Of a DNA stretch of 64,000 nt, positions 56,180 through 64,000 are shown one piece after another. The stretch is from an uncultured Gemmatimonadaceae bacterium (GTDB lineage Bacteria > Latescibacterota > UBA2968 > UBA8231). The stretch is taken from the NCBI GenBank assembly GCA_964401715.1, contig CAYNZV010000005.1, positions 2,781 to 66,780 on the forward strand, read 5' to 3'. Under the pieces are notes generated by a model. That model did not search any database. It was not told the DNA's origin and was given only the letters and a program-made list of their open reading frames with translations. The position numbers and the translations under genes are program-made. Numbering within the stretch: position 1 is the stretch's first letter; each line of letters starts with the position of its first letter.

Positions 56180-57837
56180 CGTTTTGGCAGGATCTCGATG
56201 AGCGGAAGTCCCGTGGAGGACTCGGTCTTAGCGATATCTCCGACGACCATGTAGATTCGCAGGTGTTTGCGCCCCCAACGTTGGCCCATTTCCTGCAGCG
56301 AAGGGGTTGCTCCCGGAAGGAAAACCAAACCTCCGATATTGTACTGGCTTGCGAGGCGCCCGAGATCCTCCACCAGACCAAGTATAGGCTTGCCCGCCAC
56401 TGCGCGGCCGCGTGACTCCGGGAGCTCTCCCACTACTCCTATTGCCTCGTATTTGCACGCTTCAGTTGAGGCCAGTAACTCCAGGAACTCGCGCGCAGCT
56501 GCTTCATGGCCAACCACCAGAATGCGCTGGCGACCCAGTTGCCCGCCACGGTTTGCCAAACAGGCCGCCATCAATCGCCATCCAGCTACTACAACGGTGT
56601 TGAAAGCCCACGCCGCTCCAGCAGCCAAGCGCGAGAAATTGTACGCCTTGAAGAAAAACACGGTGGTTACGATTCCGGCGAATCCAAGCGCCACGGCCAA
56701 TACCGCCCAGAGAGCGGAGAACTTGCGCCGATCGTAAAGACCCAACAACTGAAACGCCACCAACCATATTATGGTCGAGACAGCATAAACCAAAAACCAC
56801 TGCAGGTCGGTGTATGCCGGAGGTGTCAACCACCGTGTTGGGTTTGCGTCGAGGCCTAGCTGGTCGGCAGCCCGCTCGACGGAGTGTATCAGCGGCGCCA
56901 TAGAGATATGGTAACGCAGGGTCAATCCGAACTTGATGCCGACCAACACCAGAGCACCATCGAGAAGAGGCAGTACCAGCCGACGACTGACGCGAGTTGC
57001 GAACGAAAATAGCCCATAAAGCACGATACCCACGTGCAGCAACCACATGGGAAAAAACCGATAGCGTCGCTGCATGTGTTTTTTAGCGAAGATCAACATG
57101 GCCTCGTAGAACCGATAGAGAACCTTTATCTCTTCCTCGCGACTGCTCTCCCCTTTAAAATGAATTATCTCGGTGTTCGGCACGTAGAAGATTTTCCATC
57201 CTGCCTGGCGGATACAGAAACACCAGTCCAGATCCTCGCCGAAGAAGAAATAATCTTCGTCCAATAAGCCCGCTTGGTCGATTGCTTCCTTGCGAACCAT
57301 CATGCAGGATCCGGAAAGGGCATCGACTTCGTTGATTTCGTCTGGATCGAGATAGGTCAGATTGTAACGAGCGAGTCTCGGGCTGTTAGGAAAAATCCGA
57401 CTCAGTCCAAAAAGTTTTGACAACGCGGCGGTCGGCGTAGGGAAACCGCGGCGACAAGACAGCTGCAGCGAGCCGTCTGGATTCAAGATCTTACAACCGG
57501 CGGCACCGGCTTCGGAATTTTCTTCCAAGAACGACATGAGACAACGCAAGGTATCCTTGCGTACGATAGTGTCGGAGTTCAACAGCAGGACGTAGCGCCC
57601 GGAAACTAAACGCAACGCCATGTTGTTGCCGGCGGCGAATCCCAAGTTGGCCGAGTTCTTTATGACACGAACCTGCGGGAACTTGATCGCCACCATGTCA
57701 GCACTGCCGTCGCGCGAGGCGTTATCCACCACAAAGATCTCCACGGACATGGCTACCGCCGCTTCCGAAACCGTGCGCAACGCCTGCTCGAGCAGATCTT
57801 TTGTGTTGTAGCTCAGAATAACAACGCTGAGGTCCAT
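56176..57837 (-). CDS. GT2 glycosyltransferase fused to a TM module and a WbaP-N-terminal-like (CoA-binding-like) domain
   Basis: N-terminal GT-A (VVILSYNTKDLL...VVDNASRDGS...GEDLDWC) and about 5 TM helices. Then RILVVGHEAAAREFLELL...YEAIGVVG...KPILG, which parallels the pre-catalytic domain of the priming transferase at 13570-15027. Confidence 0.8.
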   Translation of the reverse strand: MDLSVVILSYNTKDLLEQALRTVSEAAVAMSVEIFVVDNASRDGSADMVAIKFPQVRVIKNSANLGFAAGNNMALRLVSGRYVLLLNSDTIVRKDTLRCLMSFLEENSEAGAAGCKILNPDGSLQLSCRRGFPTPTAALSKLFGLSRIFPNSPRLARYNLTYLDPDEINEVDALSGSCMMVRKEAIDQAGLLDEDYFFFGEDLDWCFCIRQAGWKIFYVPNTEIIHFKGESSREEEIKVLYRFYEAMLIFAKKHMQRRYRFFPMWLLHVGIVLYGLFSFATRVSRRLVLPLLDGALVLVGIKFGLTLRYHISMAPLIHSVERAADQLGLDANPTRWLTPPAYTDLQWFLVYAVSTIIWLVAFQLLGLYDRRKFSALWAVLAVALGFAGIVTTVFFFKAYNFSRLAAGAAWAFNTVVVAGWRLMAACLANRGGQLGRQRILVVGHEAAAREFLELLASTEACKYEAIGVVGELPESRGRAVAGKPILGLVEDLGRLASQYNIGGLVFLPGATPSLQEMGQRWGRKHLRIYMVVGDIAKTESSTGLPLIEILPKR

Positions 57838-57845
57838 GGGTGGGA

Positions 57846-58544
57846 CTAGCGTCTGAATAGCCGGCGCAGGGAGAAGTAGAGTATTTGGTTCGAAAACAGT
57901 AGGTGTTCTCGCATGTTGAGTTTGCTGGCGCTGAATTGCCGGTTGCGAAATACAAACGGAATAGAGCGGTGGGACTTGTAGCTGCCTTTTACCAGTATTT
58001 CTAGCAGTATCTTGTACCCGGGGGAGGTCAAATTAACGGAATCCAGTACCGGGCGGCGCAGGAAGAAATACCCCGACAGCGGATCTTCAACTCCGGTTAA
58101 CAACCGGGCGCACGTTACCCCGATGATGGAGATGAGTTTGCGGTGTATGGCCCAATCTTCGACCCGGCTGGCAGCACCGAAACGGCTACCCATGGTGATA
58201 TCGTATTCCTTGAGTCCGTCGATAAGATCGGGAAGAATGACGGGGTCGTGGCTGAGGTCAGCATCGATAACCCCCAGGTACGGGCGCTTAGAAAGCGCGA
58301 ATCCCTCCATCACAGCCGAACCCAACCCAAATTTACCAGTTCGATGGATAACCTGAACTGGATATTTCGTTTTCAACGCTTCTGCTGCCGCGCCGGTACC
58401 ATCGGGTGAATTGTCGTCGACAAAAATGAGCTCCAGGTCGATTTGATGGCGTGCCTCGAGTGTCTGAAAGATCTCGTCGGCAAGCGGCTCGACATTCTCC
58501 CTTTCGTTGTACGTCGGGGTTATGAGCGAAACGCTTATCATCAC
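57846..58544 (-). CDS. Polyprenyl-phosphate glycosyltransferase (Dpm1/ArnC/GtrB-like GT2)
   Basis: 232 aa with SLITPTYNEREN, FVDDNSPDGT and VIDADLSHDP motifs. Confidence 0.85.
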   Translation of the reverse strand: MMISVSLITPTYNERENVEPLADEIFQTLEARHQIDLELIFVDDNSPDGTGAAAEALKTKYPVQVIHRTGKFGLGSAVMEGFALSKRPYLGVIDADLSHDPVILPDLIDGLKEYDITMGSRFGAASRVEDWAIHRKLISIIGVTCARLLTGVEDPLSGYFFLRRPVLDSVNLTSPGYKILLEILVKGSYKSHRSIPFVFRNRQFSASKLNMREHLLFSNQILYFSLRRLFRR

Positions 58545-59449
58545 TTGACCCGCAAATTGGGAAATGCTCGCTTAAAATCGTCGAGTTCAGCCATCCGCGT
58601 AATCCCATCCTCGAACCCTACCGGAGCTCGGCCCAGTGCGGCAGTTAAACGTTCTGTTTTCAAGCCGGATTGCAACGGTCGTGACGCTTTCTGATCCAGC
58701 TCTTCAGTGGAGATGGGTCGTACCAAATCGTTGCTCAAACCGAACCGCCGTGCCAACTGCAGGACCATCTCGTACCGGGTCAGGATAGTGCCTCCACCCA
58801 TGTGGATTAATCCTCGGTAATCTTGGCTGCACAGCTCCAGAATCGCCAGCGCCAGATCATCAACCAACGTGGGGTTGCCGCGTTGGTCATCGACGATCTT
58901 CAGTTCCTTACCTTCCTGCAGTGCTGTCAATGGCCAAGTAACGAGGTTGGGTCGAGTGTGCGGAATATACCCGTAGAGCCACAGAGTTCGCAATACGATG
59001 GCGGGGACAGTTGAGTTCAGTACCAGCTGTTCACTGTCGAGTTTCGTGCGGCCGTAGCAGGATAAGGGGTTGGGCGGATCAACCTCGCCGTACGGGCCGT
59101 TACCGCCATCGAACACGTAGTCGGTGGATACGTGTACAAGTCGGATGCCCTGCGATGCGCAGACCTCGACCACCTTAGCAACCATTTCGAGATTTAGTCG
59201 CCGGTTTTCGCTCGGATCGGTTTCACAGCGATCCACGTCGGTAAGCGCCGCTGTATGCACCACCCAGTCGGGATCCAAAGATGCGAATGCGTTGCTCAAC
59301 GCTTCACCGTCGGTCAAATCGACTTGGACATAACTCGGACCGAACAGTTCACAAGGACTGCGACTACACCCGACGAGCTCCGCGGTATGCCGCTGTCGCA
59401 TCAAACTGCGACCTAGAAAACCAGTAGCTCCGGTCACCAAAATCTTCAT
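58541..59449 (-). CDS. dTDP-4-dehydrorhamnose reductase-like SDR (RmlD family)
   Basis: MKILVTGATGFLG and VHVSTDYVFDG...YGRTK, typical of the RmlD substrate-binding family. Confidence 0.85.
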   Translation of the reverse strand: MKILVTGATGFLGRSLMRQRHTAELVGCSRSPCELFGPSYVQVDLTDGEALSNAFASLDPDWVVHTAALTDVDRCETDPSENRRLNLEMVAKVVEVCASQGIRLVHVSTDYVFDGGNGPYGEVDPPNPLSCYGRTKLDSEQLVLNSTVPAIVLRTLWLYGYIPHTRPNLVTWPLTALQEGKELKIVDDQRGNPTLVDDLALAILELCSQDYRGLIHMGGGTILTRYEMVLQLARRFGLSNDLVRPISTEELDQKASRPLQSGLKTERLTAALGRAPVGFEDGITRMAELDDFKRAFPNLRVK

Positions 59450-60900
59450 TGCCCGAACTTTCCCATTGTCACTAGGGCTATGCCGTGTCTAGCGCAGACG
59501 TCCAAGGAAGGTTGCCCGTCAGCGTTCTGTTCCAACATTGTGACGGCAGCTTGATGCTCACCCAAGCGCCACAGAAGCTCGGCAGCCGTGGTGGTGGCCG
59601 TGGTCGTCAGCTCCCATTCCCCTTTTAATTGTTCGGCGATACCCCAAGCTCGGTCTCTCCACGGAACGGTCGGATCGACTTCGCTTAGGTCGAACAGTGC
59701 GAGACCGACCTTTGGTTGGTCCGCGAGCACAACTAGGTCCGCCCCTTCGTCGACGTTTGAATGATGATAGAATTTTTTGTCCCCAGTTTCATGATGCAAA
59801 AGGAGGTAATTCATCGCCCGCCGCGCCATCTGCATCGCATTTTCGTCACCCAGCTGGTTAAATGCCGCCACGCAGGCGCGAATCGCCGCAGCATTGCGAG
59901 CGGTATAGATGGCTGGGTCGACATACCACTCGCCTTGATCCTGCCATACTCGACGCCCATAAAAAACACCCATATCGTCATCGAAGAAACCGCTCTCCAT
60001 GGTCTCGAGGATTTGATGGGCGGCGTGTTCCTTTCCCAAGACTAACAGGGTCCGTAGTAGCGCCGCTTGATCTGAAAGATCCTGCTCGGGTCCTGGCGCA
60101 CGCCAATCGGGTGTGTACGAGAAAGCGTAGACACCTCCTTTCGAACTATCATTCATAGGAGAAGCCAGTATAGCTTCCAAGCTTCGGTGCATCATTGCCG
60201 AAGCATTGCGGTCACCAGAATAATTAGCGAGAAACAACATGACCTGTGCATTCAGGTACTTGGGACTGGTTGTCCCAAATCCACCATAAAGCGAATCGAA
60301 TTCCATCGTCATCGTCTCGAAGACGTCATGTGCCGTCCATGTGACATTCGACCCAGATGAGATCGTCGGTACAGACCTCAGTTTTGCTTCAATCATTTGC
60401 CGTTTCTCTGCATAGTTCCGCGCCTGACGCAACAGATACAACTTCAGATTTTCGTCGGGAATATCCACTGCTGTCGCATAAGGGCGGCCGTCGGGCAACG
60501 CGAGGACCGCAGCGGGCCAACCGCTGGTGGAGAACCTGCGGACGACATCTGGGCGGTAGAATGGATTCACCTTTGTTGCCACATAATTCTCCTGGAGAAC
60601 CGATTGCAGCGATTCACGATCATTTAGTTGTATCTCTTTCCATCCCGGCGTTGTGAAGTAGATCAACAGAGGTCGATCGAGTTCAGTAGCCCGGTCTAGT
60701 AACCCTTCCGACCAAGGCAGCCAGACGTCGGTCCCAGGGATTGCCACAACCGGTTTTTTGTCGATTTGTTGGGTATTGTCGACTGGCGCTACTTGGCGAA
60801 TCTCGGTACAACCTAGAGAGATGCCAGTAGACACCAGTAGGAAGGTGGATAAAACTCTCCTCGCAGGCCGTGCTGATCTTTGTATCTTTTTTATATACAA
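59446..60900 (-). CDS. Exported DUF255/YyaL-like protein (thioredoxin-like N-domain plus alpha/alpha-barrel), redox motif absent
   Basis: Lipoprotein-like leader (LLVSTGISLGC). The N-domain aligns with DUF255 (W..W.EGLLDRA....PLLIYF, KVN....PDV, GWPA.V...PDGRP), but the CxxC position reads PGWK. Confidence 0.55.
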   Translation of the reverse strand: MYIKKIQRSARPARRVLSTFLLVSTGISLGCTEIRQVAPVDNTQQIDKKPVVAIPGTDVWLPWSEGLLDRATELDRPLLIYFTTPGWKEIQLNDRESLQSVLQENYVATKVNPFYRPDVVRRFSTSGWPAAVLALPDGRPYATAVDIPDENLKLYLLRQARNYAEKRQMIEAKLRSVPTISSGSNVTWTAHDVFETMTMEFDSLYGGFGTTSPKYLNAQVMLFLANYSGDRNASAMMHRSLEAILASPMNDSSKGGVYAFSYTPDWRAPGPEQDLSDQAALLRTLLVLGKEHAAHQILETMESGFFDDDMGVFYGRRVWQDQGEWYVDPAIYTARNAAAIRACVAAFNQLGDENAMQMARRAMNYLLLHHETGDKKFYHHSNVDEGADLVVLADQPKVGLALFDLSEVDPTVPWRDRAWGIAEQLKGEWELTTTATTTAAELLWRLGEHQAAVTMLEQNADGQPSLDVCARHGIALVTMGKFGQ

Positions 60901-61059
60901 TAGGTTCCAACCGCCAACAGCACCGCGAAAATTTAAACCGACCTGTAGGACGCGTCAAGTAAAAGTGAGCACTCATCTAAATACGCGAGTGGCCGTTGTG
61001 AGATATTGCTTATATTTTCACGTGCTTGTTGATACACACCATGAAAGGTTTGGCATAGG

Positions 61060-62052
61060 ATGAATCCCCTAGAAAAAAAGACTCTGGGTAGCAGCGGCCT
61101 CGAAGTCACCCAGCTCGGGCTCGGTTGCGCCTCCCTTGGAGGGCTGTTCGGAGACATTCCGAACGAACAGGCCACCGCCGTGGTACATCGCGCCCTCGAT
61201 TTGGGATTGAATCTTCTCGACACGGCGCCGCTGTACGGCTCTGGAAAAAGTGAAAAACGCGTTGGCGATGCGCTCAAGGGAATCCCCCGTGAATCGTATT
61301 TTCTGGCTACAAAGGTAGGCCGGATTTTAGTAGCTAGTGAAGGAGAACCCGTAGGACAGGCAATCTTCGAGAACGCCCCACCTTTCGATCCGGTATTTGA
61401 CTTCAGTTACGACGGCGTCATGCGGTCGGTTGAGGAAAGCCTGAAACGGCTGGGATTGGATCGGGTCGACATTCTCCATATCCACGACCCCGACGATCAT
61501 TTCGAAGCAGTAATTAAGGGTGCCTATCCCGCTCTAGACAAGCTGCGGAGCGAAGGCATTATCAGCGCCGTCAGCGCGGGCATGAACCAGTGGGAAATGT
61601 TGGCACGCTTTGCGTGCGAGGGTGATTTCGACTGCTTCTTGCTCGCCGGTCGGTACAGTCTCCTCGATCAAAGTGCGCTCGACGAGCTGTTGCCACTTTG
61701 TTTGCAGAAGAACATCGGTATCATGGCGGGCGGTACCTTCAACAGCGGCATTCTAGCCAAAGGCTCTTCTCCCGGCGCAAAATACAACTACGCCGACGCA
61801 CCGCCCGAGATCCTCGAAAAGGCAAAGGGGCTGGAGGAGGTTGCCAAGCGTCACAACGTATCGCTCAAAGCTGCCTCGTCGCAGTTTGCTCTCGCCCATC
61901 CGGCAATCACGACTATCATTCCCGGCACTCGCCAACCGCAACGAGTCGACGAGAACTACCGCATCCTCGAAGAAAAGATTCCGGCCGATTTCTGGGCGGA
62001 GATCAAGGGAGAAAATCTGATCCATTCGGACAGTCCGGTCCCCACTGACTAA
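61060..62052 (+). CDS. Aldo/keto reductase
   Basis: 330 aa with LGLGCASLGG, LDTAPLYG and HIHDPD motifs, and the AKR length. Confidence 0.9.
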   Translation: MNPLEKKTLGSSGLEVTQLGLGCASLGGLFGDIPNEQATAVVHRALDLGLNLLDTAPLYGSGKSEKRVGDALKGIPRESYFLATKVGRILVASEGEPVGQAIFENAPPFDPVFDFSYDGVMRSVEESLKRLGLDRVDILHIHDPDDHFEAVIKGAYPALDKLRSEGIISAVSAGMNQWEMLARFACEGDFDCFLLAGRYSLLDQSALDELLPLCLQKNIGIMAGGTFNSGILAKGSSPGAKYNYADAPPEILEKAKGLEEVAKRHNVSLKAASSQFALAHPAITTIIPGTRQPQRVDENYRILEEKIPADFWAEIKGENLIHSDSPVPTD

Positions 62053-62096
62053 GTTAGGGAGCTGTTGTTGGTTCAAAAATCCATGGTTCTCACAGA

Positions 62097-63164
62097 TTGA
62101 GTGTCCTGATTACCGGCGGAGCTGGTTTCGTCGGATCCAGTCTTGCCCGGCGACTTAAAAGCCGGTATGCAGACCGCCGGGTGGTAGCACTGGACAACCT
62201 GAAACGACGGGGCTCGGAGCTCAACCTTGTCGACTTTAAGAACCTCGGCGTCGAGTTCGTGCACGGGGACATACGCAATCCAGACGACCTCGGCGCCCTG
62301 GATGGTTCGTTTGACCTGCTCATCGAGGCTTCTGCCGAACCCTCCGTTCATGCTGGTCTCGACGCCAAACCGGCTTACGTGTTGCACACGAACCTCTCCG
62401 GTACCCTGAACTGCTTGGAGTTTGCCCGTAATCGTTGCGGCGCGGTGATCTTCCTTTCGACCTCGAGGGTCTATTCCATTCCCGCACTGCAGTTGCTTCC
62501 GTTGAGCGAGGGGGCGGGGCGTTTCGACATCGACGCCGATGGCATCCTGCCGCGCGGATGCTCGGTAAACGGGATTTCCGAGGAGTTCGACACGTCCCAG
62601 TTTCGTTCGCTTTACGGAACGACGAAGCTCGCTTCGGAACTCGTCATTCAAGAGTACTGCGAGCTCTTCGGTCTGCCGATCGTGGTCAATCGCTGTGGGG
62701 TCATCGCCGGCAGAGGTCAATGGGGCAAGGCAGATCAGGGCATCTACACCCTGTGGGTCGCTCGTCATTTCTTCGGGAAGGGTTTGACCTATACTGGTTT
62801 TGGTGGCACCGGCAAGCAGGTGCGGGACCTGTTGCATCCTGACGACCTGTTTGCGTTGATCGAAACGGAATGTTTGCACATAGACAGATGTGCGGGCCAG
62901 GTGTTCAACATCGGCGGTGGCGTGCAAGGCTCTACATCGCTGCGACATTATACAGAGCTTTGTCGCAAGATCACAGGCAACCAGGTGGAGATGAGCAGCG
63001 ATCCAGCCACTGCCAAGGTCGACGTGCCATACTACGCCTCCGACAACAGCAAGGCGAGTGACCATCTTGATTGGCAACCGAAGAAAGGAGTACGTGATAT
63101 CGTCGAGGATATATTTGATTGGCTCAAGGCGGAACAGGACCGCGTCCGCCCGATTTTTGATTGA
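62097..63164 (+). CDS. NAD-dependent sugar-nucleotide epimerase/dehydratase (CDP-paratose 2-epimerase-like)
   Basis: TTG start, ITGGAGFVGSSL, STSRVY and the YGTTK catalytic pair. Confidence 0.85.
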   Translation: MSVLITGGAGFVGSSLARRLKSRYADRRVVALDNLKRRGSELNLVDFKNLGVEFVHGDIRNPDDLGALDGSFDLLIEASAEPSVHAGLDAKPAYVLHTNLSGTLNCLEFARNRCGAVIFLSTSRVYSIPALQLLPLSEGAGRFDIDADGILPRGCSVNGISEEFDTSQFRSLYGTTKLASELVIQEYCELFGLPIVVNRCGVIAGRGQWGKADQGIYTLWVARHFFGKGLTYTGFGGTGKQVRDLLHPDDLFALIETECLHIDRCAGQVFNIGGGVQGSTSLRHYTELCRKITGNQVEMSSDPATAKVDVPYYASDNSKASDHLDWQPKKGVRDIVEDIFDWLKAEQDRVRPIFD

Positions 63165-63173
63165 GGTTAAGAC

Positions 63174-64000
63174 GTGAGCGTGGCACTGATCACCGGCTCA
63201 GCAGGGCTGATAGGCAGCGAGTCTGCGAGGTTCTTCCATGAAAAGGGACTGGATATCGCCGGTATCGACAACAACATGCGGCAGTACTTCTTCGGAGCGG
63301 ACGGTTCCACCGAGTGGAATCGGCGGATACTGGAAGAAGAGCTGGGCAACTATCGGCACCACGACATCGACGTGAGGAGTGTCGAAGAGGTCAACCGGTT
63401 GTTCGCTCATTTTGGAACGCAAATTGAGCTCATCATCCACACTGCCGCACAACCGTCCCACGACTGGGCCGCTAAAGAGCCACTGACCGATTTTGGCGTC
63501 AATGCCAATGGAACCTTGAACCTGCTGGAAGCGACGCGGACTTATTGTCCACAGGCGGCATTCATCTTCTGCAGCACCAATAAGGTCTATGGCGACATAC
63601 CAAATCGGTTGCCATTAGTCGAAGCGGAGACACGGTGGGAAATCGACGAGGCGCATCCGTACTTCGAGTTTGGAATCGACGAGAACATGACCATCGACCA
63701 GTCGAAACACTCGGTTTTTGGGGCCTCGAAGGTGGCCGCCGACGTCATGACCCAGGAATATGGTCGTTACTTCGAATTGAACACCGTGGCGTTCCGCGGC
63801 GGTTGCCTCACCGGACCTGCTCATTCAGGCGCTGAACTTCACGGGTTTCTGGCGTATCTGGTAAAATGCGCGGTAACCGGTCGGTTGTACACGATTTACG
63901 GATACAAAGGCAAACAAGTCAGAGATAACATCCACTCCCGTGACCTAGTTGCGGCCTTTTGGCAGTTCTACAGCAAGCCCCGCAGCGGAGAGGTCTACAA
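63174..64000 (+). CDS. NAD-dependent sugar-nucleotide epimerase (second paralogue), 3' end outside the window; not in the ORF track
   Basis: GTG 63174 (GAGG 7 nt upstream) opens a frame with no stop to position 64000: [16 protein letters not shown]...[10 protein letters not shown]...CSTNKVYG...FGASKVAAD. Confidence 0.8.
   Translation, partial: MSVALITGSAGLIGSESARFFHEKGLDIAGIDNNMRQYFFGADGSTEWNRRILEEELGNYRHHDIDVRSVEEVNRLFAHFGTQIELIIHTAAQPSHDWAAKEPLTDFGVNANGTLNLLEATRTYCPQAAFIFCSTNKVYGDIPNRLPLVEAETRWEIDEAHPYFEFGIDENMTIDQSKHSVFGASKVAADVMTQEYGRYFELNTVAFRGGCLTGPAHSGAELHGFLAYLVKCAVTGRLYTIYGYKGKQVRDNIHSRDLVAAFWQFYSKPRSGEVY

Noticed and set aside
62073-63077. 334-aa minus-strand ORF covering the epimerase gene
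   Set aside because: The plus-strand frame has clear SDR motifs (GGAGFVGSSL, YGTTK). The antisense translation has no motifs. It is a shadow ORF.
1-64000. Scan for CRISPR arrays, tRNA/rRNA genes, transposases, integrases, phage genes, toxin-antitoxin pairs or known defence-system ATPases/nucleases
   Set aside because: I found none by reading the ORF translations and intergenic regions. The accessory content here is glycan biosynthesis rather than mobile or defence DNA. A tRNAscan/Infernal/ISfinder/DefenseFinder run would be needed to confirm.

Overview
This is a densely coding, moderately GC-rich bacterial chromosomal segment with diderm-type envelope genes. I saw no rRNA, tRNA, CRISPR array or recognisable mobile element. 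I call about 57 protein genes, 5 pseudogenes and one well-supported regulatory leader. (1) 1-13.6 kb holds housekeeping genes (hemA 3' part, ccsA-like, moeA, acs, uppP, HpcH-type aldolase) interleaved with an unusual number of decayed genes: DoxX, NUDIX, an AS3MT/ArsM-like remnant, ackA and a cheA-receiver remnant. (2) 13.6-34.5 kb is a Wzx/Wzy-type polysaccharide locus. It has a priming transferase, GT2/GT4 transferases, a GT-C, a flippase, a polymerase/ligase, a carbamoyltransferase, a methyltransferase, a deacetylase, a DegT aminotransferase, an ArnA-C-like SDR and a phosphomannomutase. It directly abuts the 5'-truncated cheA remnant. (3) 35-37.6 kb holds ptsN and a BatA/vWA membrane protein. 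(4) 37.6-52.0 kb is a gap-free minus-strand aromatic amino-acid supraoperon: trp leader/attenuator, trpE(G), trpG, trpD, trpC, trpS, chorismate mutase, tyrA, aroA, an unlisted 46-codon membrane ORF, aroE, argS, aroK, aroB, rimO, DUF971. (5) 52.0-60.9 kb is an 8-gene minus-strand envelope operon: DUF255-like, RmlD-like, Dpm1/ArnC-like, GT2-membrane fusion, S41 protease, minimal FtsX-like permease, ABC ATPase, TSUP. (6) 61-64 kb holds an aldo/keto reductase and two SDR epimerases; the last runs off the window and is missing from the ORF track. The most notable observations read directly from the sequence are a textbook Trp attenuator, the cluster of genuinely decayed genes, the cheA remnant at the polysaccharide-locus border, a tandem YjbQ-fold protein, a translationally coupled micro-ORF inside the aro operon, and two genes (tyrA, a GT4) whose conserved N-termini lie upstream of any canonical start codon, with ATT at the expected position. 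All functional calls rest on my recognition of motifs in the translations; no database search was run.
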